A stretch of 64,000 nucleotides of DNA from Blasia pusilla (lineage: Eukaryota), in the NCBI GenBank assembly GCA_050084515.1, contig CM114271.1:32116001-32180000 (forward strand), in the 5' to 3' direction. The number at the start of each line of letters is the position of its first letter. Position 1 is the stretch's first letter. A program made the position numbers and the translations under genes. The notes beneath the pieces were generated by a model. That model did not search any database, had not been told where the DNA came from, and saw nothing but the letters and a program-made list of their open reading frames with translations. This document shows, piece by piece, positions 47,821 to 61,365 of this stretch.

Positions 47821-50800
47821 ATGAAGAAATTCTCCACATCTATTTTATCAGCTAGTCTAATCTCTTCATACCTTGGATATGTAACAAACACATGCTCTTC
47901 ATCCTCAATATTTTCTTTGTCATATAACCTACAAATTTGTTCACTTGTATCAATATTAAGCCATCGACCTTCCTCAATTCCTAGCCTATGAGACCAAGTT
48001 CTATATTGTGCGATAATATGACGTAAGAACGTGGAGATCCCCGCAAGTAGGTATCCTTGTTCATAATATATAAGCATAGGATTAACATGAAGATGATAAA
48101 ACTCCATTTTCATGCCCGAGCTCTTCCAAATAATGTTGAGAAATTACTTTTGTAGATGCTCGCGGAGTGCCATCGGTTTCAAACCGATAGCAACGAGCGT
48201 TAGGAAAATGAGAGGTTCCATTAAGAACTTTCAAATTACAAGTGGCTCTGAAAGAAAAAAAATGTTCTCTTAAAAGATTTGTAGAAAGATCTGAAGAGAT
48301 TCTAGACCATCACCCATCCTCAGGTTCCTTTTTGAGAAATTGCTTCTGTAGATGGTCGCGGAGTGCCATCGATTTCAAGTCCCAATCTCGTTCCGCCATA
48401 TTCTTCTTTGAAGACCAAGTCACCACATTTGCAATCCAACCTATGGAACGCGTGGCTCGCAAATCTTGATGAGGGATGCGAGAAACATCAAAAGATCTCA
48501 CCCTTGTGATATAAGTGATGGTCAAATAAAGAGCTTTAGCACCTAGAGGAAGACAACTCTTTTCCGCAAGAAGAATAGCATAAGGAGGTTGGTTTCTTAC
48601 ATCCAATTCTTCTTGTAGAAAGATCTTTTGCACCCTCTCCACGCACTCCCAATGTCACAAACCCTCATAACCAAACAACACCAAATAGGCGCCAAGCGGA
48701 ATATCATAACTCAAATGGACTCACGTTGCGATGTTCGCGCTTTGGAGAGGCATTTGGAAAGGTCTCTTGGAAAAGTCCAAGAGATGAAACGCATAATAGA
48801 GTTGTGCATTTCATGCATTGGTGGTTGCAACCAAGAAGCCTAGACCAAACGCAAGCCAAGACTTGAGATGAGTTGAGTCTTGGAAGGTTGGTTGCCAAAG
48901 AGGTGAGAACCAACTTTCGAACACGACTAGCGTTTGGGGAATTTGACTATATTTTGGACCATAACGTTTAGTTTCAAGATGAGTTTGGAAGAAATAAGTG
49001 CGCATAGGAAAGCTTATATTGAGACGCTTCCAATGCACCAAAGATCTTAGCAAACGCATAAGTATAGACTAAGATATTGGCCAAAAACGATTATGAAAGC
49101 AATCAAGTTGAGGGCCAATTGGAGAGGCCCGGGTGTCTTTCCCTAAATGTAGGGAACCTCAGAGATCCCCAAAAGTACTAGTAAAGGAGGAGTCTTTCCA
49201 AGACGTCTTAGAACACGAATCCCCACTTTGAGCATCAAACGGCATCTCAAAGGCACGATATCGTATTGTAAAATCAACCAGTGTGTAAACTCCTTCGTCA
49301 TTAAGTGTTAGATAGAGTTTCATTAGTATTAAGTAAATTGGCTTAGAAAAAGGAGATTCTTATGTTTAAACCTCTTTATGGTGCCTCTTTTATGCGGGTC
49401 CAACTTTAGGAAAAGGAGGTAATAAATAAAAGATGACTTTATAAAAGTAAAGTAGTTGCTTTAATGAAAAGCAAAAGTAGTCTTGGTTGGTGGCTAGGTT
49501 AGTTGGGGTAATTTGGAAAATATCATGAGGGTAAAAGAGGATATTTTGGAAGAGATAAGAGGAAATCTACTTGTGTCAAAATGTGATTGGCTAAGCCTTG
49601 AGAGGAAGCCATGTGGCACAAGATAAGATAAGCTCTATTTCGTACTCTTGTGGATCCCTTGTGAGTATATAAAGAGGAGGGACCTTCAAGGGTTCATCAT
49701 CTTCTATTCCACATCTTGAGTCTCTCGTGTCTCTCTTGAGTGTATGGCTTTGGGATTGATTGCTCTTCCAATGAGAGTGGATCACCCCTCTTGGGAGAGT
49801 AACTTGATCATGGTCTATTCTTCGAGAGGTTTCTAGAGTGTGGTGTGTGTGTGTGTGGGGATGAGAGGTTTGTCACCGTAGAGGAGTTTTAGTCATACTA
49901 AAATAGCGGATGTTTTGGCTTGTTACTTTCCCAATGAGAGTGGATTACCCCTCTTGGGAGATTAACTCCGCCAAAACCCATTCTTGAGGAGAGTAGAGGG
50001 TGTCTGTCAAGCATGGATAGGGGTGGAGCACGAGCTGTGCCCAACTTTCCTTTCCTCGATCCTTACCATGTCAAGGTACTTTTTGTAGATAGGCATTGGT
50101 TCACTCGCTTTGGGGAGGCGTTCATGAACCAGGTCATGCAATCTCCAACTCCGATGATTCTTCCTATCGTCACATATGGAAGGACATGGGATTGTACTTT
50201 GTATGTCCTTATATAGCAATCCATGGATGTCAATAGGCCTGGTCAAGTAGGGTTTAACACTAGTTGTGTTATCTTCCTCGTGTACAAGCGTAAAATAGTT
50301 TATAGGGATTTTATAGTTAGGAATTTTGGGGTCCGATGTTACGAAGAAGTGATCGCCTCGGCACTTCCATTTGTGATACCTATCGTGAGAGAATGAAGAG
50401 TGTACATCATAATTTTGTATTGAAAAAGGAGAACTTCTTAGAGAGTTCACCTTGCATCAACCGCATCTACCGCAGCTAGAAGGCCCGCCCTTGCTCGAAG
50501 AAAGATTCTCGATACGACAACGGGATGGAACGGGAGTTTGGCGTTGGAACTCGAAACCCAAACCTCATCCAAGGGAGTGGACTTTGTATGCCACGCTTGG
50601 ATTCCGACGCTATATTCACTTTGTGCGACTCTCGGTTAGGGACTCATTGGATGTCCATCAGAAAGTTGGAACCATCAGGCGCAAAATGTCGTTTGAGGTT
50701 CCTCAACCGTCCAGAATGTCTGTCCTGAGTCTTTTTAGACTTGCCCGTGTTGTAAACCGCGAAACAAGGAAGTTTGGGCTTGATGAGAGATCGAGACGAG

Positions 50801-51708
50801 AACTTGAAAAGTTAGCCTGCTGATTGATCCAAGACCCGACTAACCAGAGTGCGTGTTTGGATGTAGATCAGCGTTGAGAGCGTGACCTACTGAACGCACG
50901 CGATTTGCAACAACAAGATTAACGTTCAAGGAGAGTAGGCTCACGGCATCCAACCTGTCTTCTTACAACTAGGGCCCCAAACTTGGATCCCACATAAGAC
51001 CACCGGCAATAGTAAGCTCATAAATAAGAACCTCCTAAGACCCTATGACACAAAATGAGCTCTTCTACACCGATTTAAAAATGAATATAGAGCTTTGTAA
51101 CCAGGTTTTACTCTCTTTTGTACGCAAAGTGCCCAACTTTAGTCATGAGAGAAATCAATGCGTAAATATTTGTAACTCTTTACTTGTTCTAATTATAGAC
51201 CTTTGTAAAAGAATGAGAACTTGGATCTAGTACCCACTATAATGACTTTAGACTTCTGCACATTCACCTCCATCTGATTTTGGGTACAAAAACTTGCCAA
51301 AGTGTCGAGGTGTCTTTGTAAAGTGATGCCATCACGTGGTAGTAATATGATATGATCTGCATACAATAGAGCTTTGATAACAAAGTCTCCAAGCTTGACA
51401 CCTTCACTATCACATTCCTCCAACCACTTTTTGATATCATCTATGAAAACTCCAAATATAGTAGGGGAGAGAGGGCAACCTTGAATGACTTCGATAGTTC
51501 TAAAGACCACAAGATGAGCTCAAGATGAGCTCTTCTACACCGATTTAAAAAGAAATATTGTGCTTTGTAACCAGCTTCTAATCTTTTTTCACGCAAAGTG
51601 CCCTACTATAGTCATGAGAGAAATCAATGCCTAAATATTTGTAACTCTTTACTTGTTCTAATTGTAAATCTTTGTAAAAGAACGAGAACTTGGATCTAGT
51701 ACCCACTT
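47821..51708 (-). mobile_element. Rearranged LINE ORF2 3' fragments, interrupted by a solo LTR
   Basis: ORFs 47808-48113, 48310-48642 and 51193-51510 (QGCPLSP..LLYADHIILL) match ORF2. Confidence 0.85.
48653..50948 (+). mobile_element. Solo LTR (~2.3 kb) related at both ends to the chromovirus LTR
   Basis: TG...CA; TSD cccaa/tccaa at 48648-48652 and 50949-50953; ends resemble 18628-19200 and 19200-19619. Confidence 0.8.
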
Positions 51709-52856
51709 GATGGATATCCCTAGCGTCGTTAGAGTTGCCTCTGTCGACGAAAGAGGACGATTCAATACCAGATCAGATACAAGACGTAGCCTAATTTCGT
51801 CAAGGTCCTCAAGGCCATGGCACATTGCGCACTGTGTATTTAGATTCAGAGATCCTTGTGGCTCAACTTTCAATGTGTATTCAGCAAATAAACAACCACT
51901 GAACATTAGTCACCCGTTGTACGTTCATGTGTGCTCCCCAAAGTACTAGAATTGCAAGATGATATGGGATGATATTACGATGTTCCAAACCAGGCCTATG
52001 ATACATCCACATACTTTGAAGTGGATATATTATATGCCTGGTTTGGTTTAGCAAACTAACCTGATTGGTTGAGTCTGTAGAAGGAGTACCAATAGAAGGG
52101 ATATAGCAATATATTTCAGAAGTGGCGGGGTTTAAATCCTTGTTGTTGACCCATAGTATGATGAGATAGTGCAAACTCCCTCGACCCTGCAACTTATAAC
52201 GGACCAAGTAGTTATGAACGCATCTTGGGATCATGGTTCCCCCAAGGATGTTATTCTAAAGGAATGCCTTGAGCCTTATACGAAATATTGTTGCACACGT
52301 GGCATAAGCATCCCTCCATATAAAGGATGGATTGAGCCTGCAAAGGATTACCTCTATGTCCTCAATCTCACACCATCTAGAATTTGACACCTCATCGAAA
52401 GTAAGAGTTAGAAACAAGTCTGGCATACCCCATTTCTTGACCATCGCTTTAAGGTCTTTTTAAATTACGGTAATGCCAAGATGGGCTGCATAGTATACCT
52501 AGATAAGTGTGTATATAGGTCCTCGTCTGGGAGATCAGGGTGCTTCTTTTTCAACTATTCAAGTTCTATGTTTAGAATGAAAGATCGACTAGAGGATGCT
52601 AAAGCAATAGATTGTCGAAGCTAGTGCATTATAAGGATATACGGTTTGTATAGTGTAAATAAAGTGAAGAGTTGCTTTGTACGACACCAGAAGTAGTCAC
52701 TGAATGAAGATTGCTTGTAAAGTACCCCTTGAAATATCGGAACAAGAAGGCAAAAAAACTATCTCAATTGTGAGTTTGCTATATGCAGAGATTCCATTTC
52801 TATCACTCAAAAACTATTTCTCTACTTTGAGCATGCTCATGGAGATACACACTCCC

Positions 52857-53586
52857 TGTCCCCAATCCGCTCCGCTAGCTTCAGAACATCCGCACATGTA
52901 TCTGGCAACGTCGACATTCGGTAAAGGGCCTTTTCAGCGTTCGGCTTGAGTCCACTAATGAAGATAGCCTTCTTCGCATGCTCATCCATCTTTGGAAGAG
53001 AAGTGAGTTTCGCACTAAACTCCCTCACATACGCGCTTAAGGAACCACTCTGCCGCATCCGCACGCATTCCACTGTGTCGCGCAACCCTTGGTAATGTGG
53101 AGTGAATCGATCCCCAATCAACACCTTAAACTCCTCCCAACTCAAAGGTGACTTGCCGGCCAGCTATTCCTCTTGTTGAGCTGTCCACCATTGTAGCGCA
53201 TGATCCTTCAGGAAAGTAATGGCTACCGTCACCTTGTCCTGCTCAGCTACCCTCTGCGCCTCGAAGTACAGTTCCAGTTCCGTAAGGAAATCCTTCACTT
53301 TCCGCGAGCGCCCCACCCTAGTGAATGGCGTGGGCAGGTTTGTCTTGCATAGCTTTTTGCCCGCACCCGGAGTTCGGGTGGCCTTTAACTCTGCGATCTG
53401 CTTGCTTTTCTGGGACATCTGCTCCACCAACAACTGCAACAAGTCCAACGTCTGGCTTGACTTGGTCGGTTCCCCTGAGTTTGGGCCCGATGGCCCCGCG
53501 GAAGGATTCGCCTCTGGAACGTCCTCACGTCTGGCGTTCAGCTCTTCGGGAGTCTCCATCTCCTTCATAGCTTCACGGTCTGGCAT
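52857..53586 (-). pseudogene. Retrotransposon gag, truncated, with internal stop
   Basis: DFLTELELYF..AITFLKDHALQWW..SWEEFKVLIGDRF..MRQSGSLSAYVREF..FISGLK. Confidence 0.88.
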
Positions 53587-54785
53587 TGGTTCCTCTCTTG
53601 GTTCACGTCGCTTGATTCAACGCTTCTTGGGTTGTTCTCCCTTTATCGCCATTTTCAAGCCAACTCACTCAGATCTCCTCCTCGTTTCTTGCGTCCCTCC
53701 TCGAGCGTCTGAGTCTAGCTGCTACCTTGAGTTTTCCCAAGCGTCTGGTTGATCCCACGACCCCAAGTTCTCGCTCACCAAGGATTAGCTATGATACCAC
53801 TTGTCGCGCCCCTACTCTCCTTGAGCGTCAATCTTTAGTGTTGCGGAAGCGTACGTTCAGTAGGACACAATCTCATCGCCGATCTGCATTCAAACACGCA
53901 CTCTCGTTACTCGGGTCTGGGCCAACCAGCGTTCCAACCCACCGAGTTCTCAACTTGGCGTCTCATCAAGCTCAACCTTCCTTAATTCCTAGTTTCCAAA
54001 ACATGGCAAGTCCTTCAAGACTTGGAACAGACTTCCTGATTAGTCGAGGAACCTAAAACGGCACTTGTGCGCCTAGCAATCCCAACTGTTCAACGGACCT
54101 TGTGCAAGTTCCAAACCGAGACCCAAGTAATTGAGTCGCGGGGTGAAATCCAAGAGGGATGTCTTGGTTCACGTTTTCCAACCCAACCCCAAACTCTCGA
54201 TCCGTTCCATGCCCTTGAGCCGCCCCGTGGCGCCCAAAGTGGGGTTCGAGTTCCAAGCACTCTCGGAGAACTTTCCCCTTACTAGTACTTCTAGGGTTCT
54301 CCAATAACCCCCCCCCCTTTGGAAAAGGAGGTTCGAGCCCTTCATTGTGGCCCTCAACACGACTCTACTTACAGTCGTTTCCGGGTTGTTTCTCAACCGC
54401 TGCTTATGCGTTTGCAAAGATCTTTAGTGCGTTGAACTGGATTTCCATAAGCCTTCCAACGCATCCTTCTTTAATCCAAACGCATCTTGGCGCTAAAAGT
54501 TATGGTTTTAAATACAGTCGGAAACTCTCAAACGCTAGTGGCGTTCCAAATCCGGATTCCTTCCTTTGGCAACCCACTTTCTAGACTCGACTCCTTTCAA
54601 GTCTTATTCCGCGTTTGGCCCATGTTTCTCGGTCGCGATCAAAACATCTGAAATGCGAAGCCTTGCTTGCGTCTCGTCTCTTGTCTCTTCTTCAAGACTA
54701 CTCCAACGCGCAAACCATCTTAGCGTGAGCCCGTTAATGTTTCGATGTTTTGCTTGGCACTCGTTTGGTCATGAGGGTCGCAACA
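52857..54785 (-). mobile_element. Chromovirus fragment: 5' LTR (54785-53802), tRNA-Met-type PBS, truncated gag, flanked by a 5-bp TSD
   Basis: TSD ctccc at 52852-52856 and 54786-54790; PBS tggtatcatagc at 53799-53788. Confidence 0.88.
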
Positions 54786-55417
54786 CTCCCATTGTGAAAG
54801 ATGTCATAGGACTTTCAGTGCTTCACTGACAGGGAGTACTGCACATTTTGTAGCACATTAAGCTATGTATTATATGGATGTGTTGCCATGCTATGAGTAA
54901 GTTGCCCCTTCTCCTGCGAAGATTTTAAGATTGCCTCGACACTCACTAGAAGATGGAAAATTTACAATATAGTGTGCAAACAACTCGTTCACTCTTAGGT
55001 TTACTAACAAAACGTTTGTGACTTGCCTATATAGAAAATCAAAATCTGATAGCAAAGGCTGCTCAACATTCCATGCAACAAGTGGACAATCAAGAAGTAA
55101 GTGAACTTGATAGAAGTCAGTATGGAAGCCGTTGTATTTTGTCTCAATGCCAAGGTGAGATTCCACATGTGATAGTACAATATACAATGTTCCTATACAC
55201 ATCGGAACCCGGTTTGTGGAAAAGCATGCCGCAAAACATAGAGGTTAAGGTGGTTGGTACATGGAACAAATAGTGTTTGTTGTAAGTGCGTTGCTAATAT
55301 CAAGTATTCATCATGAATTCTTACATAAAAATAAGGAGAATCTAATCTAAAAAGTTAATTCACAATCTAAAAGCGGCTATGAAAAATGTACATTACCAAC
55401 CCACTCAAAATCAAACA

Positions 55418-56010
55418 CTACATCCCAGATATTGCACGACCTCCAATCAAGTAGAGCACAATCTTCAACACCACACAACTTATGCTATAGAAATTGATTG
55501 TGTTTGAAAATTTTCAGAGCTTAGGCGTCTCCTCACACGTCACGTTTTCTCAAAATCTCAGCCTCATGTGACACTTTACATGAAAGAGATGGCCTTTGCA
55601 AGATTCAGATCTAATATCCTCAAATACGGAAGAGCAGAAACTAAAATCTCTCACAACTTCGTCTTCGTAACTTGGTTGGCCTTGAAATTTTTAGGGATAG
55701 GGAACCTTCTTATATTCTATGCGTCCTCAAAATATCAGATTCATATGACACTCCACTTGAAAGATATGGCCTCCGCAAGATTCAGATCTGAAATCTTTAA
55801 ATGTGGAAGAGCAAAAACTGAAATATCTCACAACTTCGTCTCGGTAACTTGGTTGGCCTTGAAACATGCAAGTCTAGAGTGCCTCTTAACACTTCATGTC
55901 TCCTCAAAATTTCAGCTTCATGTGACACTCCACCTAAACTCCTCTTGAAAGATATGGCCTCCGCAAGATTTAGATCTGAAATCTTCAAATGTGGAAGAGT
56001 AGAAACTCAA
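55418..56010 (-). mobile_element. LINE 5' UTR stub with ~3 x 177-bp monomers
   Basis: Monomers followed on the minus strand by the 5' UTR sequence seen at 41925-41992. Confidence 0.8.
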
Positions 56011-59000
56011 ATCGATGTAGTGGGTGAACTTAAAAATTTATAGTGCCGTAGCGTTTTGTCTCAAGAAATCCATAGGATGGAGCACATAAGAAAACTTATA
56101 GTGTAGGTAGCCTAGGTTGGATGAAACTGTGTGTAGAAGCTACACAATAGCCACATGCTGGATTAGACACGATTAATATAAACATAATATCGAATGTTGT
56201 TGATTTACGACAACAGGTATTAATCTTTACCTTCTGATCACTTAATTTTCTACATTCTAGTGCATAGGGTCCTCAATTCAAACAAAATGGAAGCTAGTTC
56301 AATGTCATAAACATGGCAACCTACAACGATGGGCATATTCTAGCACATAAACAGTCGCCTCCCTTATAGCGGCTAAACATTGCTATGCATTGTAACTTTG
56401 AATGTGTACCACAACATGGAGCCCACGGCAAAGGTGCTTTATAAGAACACTTCAAGAAGGGTGCAGACAAACATGCTGGCCAAAGAGCAACTCACATTTA
56501 GGGGCACAATATCCCATTGTGTACACGAAGTGTGTCATTTGCACCATGAAGCTTACAAGCGTGGTTGCCTAGCAATATTGCTAAAGCTGTCATAGAATGG
56601 CTCTTCGTAATGTAGTTGTGGTACTTACCAAGATGTTGACTATATACTGTTGAGCGTACTGCCGATTACAAAAACTCAGTTATAGGTGTAACTTGTGGAT
56701 CTGATAATATTTCAAAGAAATTACTATGCATGAATAGCCTACGGACAAATGCAGTACATTGTGCAAGGTTTTAACACTCTCTATGAATCTGTATGCACCT
56801 ACTTGGTTGGCTAGAGTAGTTCAATAATGAAGTTGTAGTACATAGGAAGATGTCCACCGTACAGTCCTCAGAGTATTTCCGATCATAGAAACTTTTTCAT
56901 AGATGTAGCATAATGCGTCGGACCGATTAAGTCTCCATATGAATCAAGTTCCATTTAGTTGGGTAGCTAGGGCAGGGTGGTCAAGAAATGAAAGGAAAAA
57001 AACCGCAAGCATGTAACTCATAGGCGGGCATCTGCACAATTTGTTAAATGGATATTGGGGAGTAGAGCAGGATAGTTATAGTTCAGCAGCTCTAAGTGCA
57101 ATAATTGGGTCATGAAGCAGTCCACCTGGACATGTTGCTCTTTTAGAGTTGCCTACTCCTCCCGATACTTGTTGAGAATGAAAATGGATCCATGTCCTGC
57201 ACTTCTTTGTGAGATGTAGTTGGCCATAGTACTATATATATAGTCATTCTTGGCTTCACATCACTTTACTTGTTGTCTAGAAAACACTAACTAGGTAATG
57301 TACATCCAGATCCCTACCTCCCCTCGTCAAGTCATGAAAGATCCCCCTTATTGTTCTAAACATCAACCCTCCATGTGTAGAACTTGTTCCCTTTTTGCTT
57401 TTACAAGAGCGGGCCGCATTGCAACTCCCTAGGGTTTGGTTATTGGGTTTTCTACTAACAGCAAGACTATTTATGTTACCGTTTCCGACATTGCTGACCT
57501 CTAGTCAAGCAACTTTCTACTTAGATTCCCATATACATACTTGCAACTAGAGCTTTTGTTGGGCATCACTAGGCTTTTATTACTCGAGTTTGTAAAATAT
57601 CAGAACAGAATAGAGGGTGTCGGTTGAGGCCATGACTATAGCCATAACGCACCTCTCTAAATAAGGAGACACCGATGCCATCAAAAAGTATTGAAATCCT
57701 CGACGGTCCTACTCTGCATGTGCACCCTAAATTACAACATGAGTACATGTAATTCCCTTGAGATAACAAGTAATCCTAACATAAGGATAGCCTTGCCCAT
57801 ACAACTACTGATAAGTTGGAGAAATCTGGAACTAAAGTAGTTCGTGCCAATCTGTAACAAGTCGTGAATCCTGAATGCGCCCGAAGCCAAGCGATTCCCC
57901 GATAAAACATACCTTGGGCACAATGGACAATGTGAGAATAGGTTGCAAAATGAGAATGGTGGGCACACATGGAATATGGATGCGGTAGGCGAAATAGAGG
58001 CAAACATGACATAGTACTTGTGCGACCCCTATTGTTGCATGTTCAAGTGTCCAAGAAGTATGAATTACTTTAAGGAGCGTCCTCGAAAATCGATAGCGGG
58101 TGCTTAAGAAACAACAACAAGCACGATGGCACCTCGACTATCTAGACTGCAATGTATGTTGCGCATGTAGATGCATGCTGAAATGCCTAGTGCAGTGCTA
58201 ACGCAATGGAGGGGAACACCTTCGTAAGATTGATTGTTACTCATGTTTGGCGTTGCAATAGCACGTCCGTTCGCAACTTTCCTTAGGCCTTATTAATAGA
58301 GATAGAAAAAGAAACAAGAACCGACGGATGCGGACTCCCTCATGTGGGAGTGGTGCAAACGCCCTCATTTTGTTTGATTTATGCTAACAATAACAAGTAG
58401 AATGGAATGCAACAGAGAAGGAAGCATGTACCGATCAGGAAATGATTGTTGAACGAATGAATTGAGCTAGGTTTACTCTCTAACAACAATAGAAATTTGT
58501 CGACGATAGTAATAGAGAGAATAAAGGTCGTGCACTACTCGAAATCAAATTCTCTGGCTCCAATTCGATTGATGCAAGTATTGACAGAAGCAACAAATGT
58601 CCACTTCAATCAAGAAAGAATTAAGTATGCTTCCAAAAAATATCGATTAGTATCTCCATTGACACACAAAAGTGGCCGAGAGTCCTCGATGCGAGATTCT
58701 AAATAAAGCAAATGAGTTATGAAACTACCGTCGGCAAACATAAGGCAACCTTCACCTAAACATCAATTGGTGCAGATGATTGATATGGTTGCACTTGCAG
58801 CATTGAAGAACCTAAAAGACGATAGGAAAAATTAAAACTAAAGGCCGAAGAAAGAGCGAGGACCAATGAACTAGCCGGGTCGAGACGCCTAGCCTAACAC
58901 GCCTGGGGCAACAAACAACCATAAAGGTTTTCTGTGCGAGCGATCTTGGAAGCACAAACAATAAAAAAAAACTATCGAGAATCCCTAACATGAAGGAGCG

Positions 59001-60027
59001 ATGGGGGTCGAATCGTACGACATTCCTACGCCCACTATGCAACAAGGCAGTGGGGATGCCCTGCCCTTCCGCTGCCCACCGAGACGACTTCTTGCTACGG
59101 GAGTTAAATGCGTAATTTACCCGCTTGTAGTAGGGGCCCTAAAAAGGAAAAAATCATGTGGAACAATTGGTGCCATTCTGCGCCTTGTCGTCAATTGGCA
59201 AGTACCACCAACCATAGGTTGCGTACACATGCTAGTTCTAAGTGCTAGTAATTTGTAGCTCGTGCGATGAAATGGGTAACACGATCGAGAGATTTAGATA
59301 TATGTGAGGGATACCCACAATTTTGATGTGGAAGAAAGTTATAAAGTTTTTACAACCCGGCTAATGGAGAATTCTCATGCAAGTGTTTTTTAGACATGTC
59401 AATTTTTAGAACTTTTCATTTAAAATCTATATTATTATTGGAGAGTGCCTTCTTGATTTGCATCAAGCATGCGGGCCGACCCATTATAATGAGAAAATGT
59501 CGTTTAATGACTATAAGTGGTAAATTAATGTAGGGAGTGCATCAACGTGACAATATGCACGAGAGGTAGGGGGAGTAGTTGCATTATCATGAAGTGTAGG
59601 AGAATATAAGATGACAGAAAAATCAAGTGTGGTTATTGACAATCATGAATGGAATAGTCGTGGAAATTTTGATAATGTCTCGTGAATAGTAAAATTAAAG
59701 AAGTTATTTTTATGACTGCAATATGAAACTAGCACAATATTGGTACTGAAGAAAATACCTCTATTGTTAAAAATAGGTTGTAAGTTTTCACGGACTGAAT
59801 GTGGTGGGATTCAAAATGTTGAATAAGTTTGAGAAATGTGCTTAATTATGTACACTTTAGTGAGGAAGTGTGCCTCAAAATACACAACTATAATGACGTA
59901 ATTATAAAGGTTTACAAAATCGTGCAACAATGACATATCAGCCATAAAACATCAAGTGTGAGATTTATATGAAGTACAACATTATGTAAAAAAAGCAAGA
60001 GAGTGGCACAAAGTCTGTTGTAGATCA

Positions 60028-60880
60028 AAACATTCCACTTTGTAGACGAAGTCACCACATCTATAATCCATCCTGTGGAGCGTGTGGGTCGTAAAGCTTG
60101 ATGAGGGAGGCGAGAAATATGAAGAGATCTCACCCTTGTGATATAAGTGATGATCATGCAGAGAGTTTCCGTCTCAAGAGAAAAACAACATGTTTCTGCA
60201 AGAAGAATAGCACAAGGAGTTTGGTTTCTCACACCCAATTCTTCTTGTAGAAAGATCTTTTGCACTCTCTCCACGCGCTCCCAACATATCTTCTTGCAAG
60301 TAGGGCCCCAAACAAGACCACAGGGAGAACTAAGCTCATCAATAAGAGCTTCCAAAGACTCCAAGATACGAGATGAGCTTTTCAACAATGATTTAAAAGT
60401 GAATATAGAGTTTGGTAACATGCTTCTACTCTCTTTTGAAGGCAAAGTGCCCAACTACATTCAAGAGAGAAATTAATGCCTAGATACTTATAACTCTTCA
60501 CTTGTTCTAAATGTAGACATTTGTGAAAGAACGAGAACTTGGATCTAGTGCCCACTATAATGACTTTAGACTTCTCCATGTTAACCTCCATCTGATTCTT
60601 GGTACAAAAACTTTCAGAGTGTCGGGATGTTTTTTTAAACTAATGGCATTCCTTGCTAGTAATATGATATCATCTGCATACAATAAAGCTTTGATAACAA
60701 AGTCTCCAAGCTTCACACCTTCACTTTCACATTCCTCCAACCACTTTCAATGTTATCTATGAAAACTCCAAAAAGAGTAGGGAAGAGAGGGCAACCTTGA
60801 ATGACTCCAATAGTACTCAAGATCCAAGATCTCTTGAGTTTGTGAATCTTTGATTTTGGCGCGAACGGATTGGTATAATG
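60028..60880 (-). pseudogene. LINE RT fragment
   Basis: GVKLGDFVIKALLYADDIILL; YKYLGINF; WERVERVQKIFLQEELG. Confidence 0.88.
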
Positions 60881-60899
60881 TGGCCATGGCAACCTATTG

Positions 60900-61365
60900 T
60901 GTGTAGGAGCATATTTACCTCAGCGTTGACTTTGATCTGAATGAGCAGATGAGTCATATCTATCCAACTGCATTTTTGAACACATGCTTGCCTTCTGGAC
61001 TTCCTCCGCATTGTTTGTGTTTGAAGTATGATGCTCCAATCATACTCTTACGAAACATGAAAGGATCACATGAATAAGAAAACATAACAAGATTGGCGAT
61101 TCATGGATTTAAGCGACATTGCGTAGATGCTGAAATTATCACTGGGAATAATATTGGAGATCGAGTTTTTATTCCACGTATTTCATTTATTGCATCAAAT
61201 TCTGGTTTGCCATTTGATTTATGTAAGTTTCAATTCCGTATTTAACCGGCTTTTGCTATAATTATTAATAAGTCTCAAGGTCAAACTTTGCAAAAAAATT
61301 ACATTTACTTGCCTAATCTTGTAATTTCTCATGATTGATTGTATGTAGCATTATCTAGAGTAGGA
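60900..61365 (+). pseudogene. Pif1-like (Helitron) helicase C-terminal remnant
   Basis: APIILLRN; RVFIPRISF..GLPF..FQF..PAFAIIINKSQGQTL; LYVALSRV; multiple stops. A degenerate Helitron 3' end may lie at about 61585-61612. Confidence 0.8.

Larger units (their letters stand above)
51710..55310 (-). pseudogene. Second Helitron-like Rep remnant, interrupted by a chromovirus fragment
   Basis: KWGMPDLFLTLTFDE; RYKLQGRGSLHYLIIL; RNIIPYH..WGAHMNVQRV..EYTLKVEP (motif 3 region); homologous to 39650-40835. Confidence 0.75.

Noticed and set aside
56010-60000. Possible degraded gene or TE
   Set aside because: Only short ORFs with no motif, termini or splice pattern I can support.
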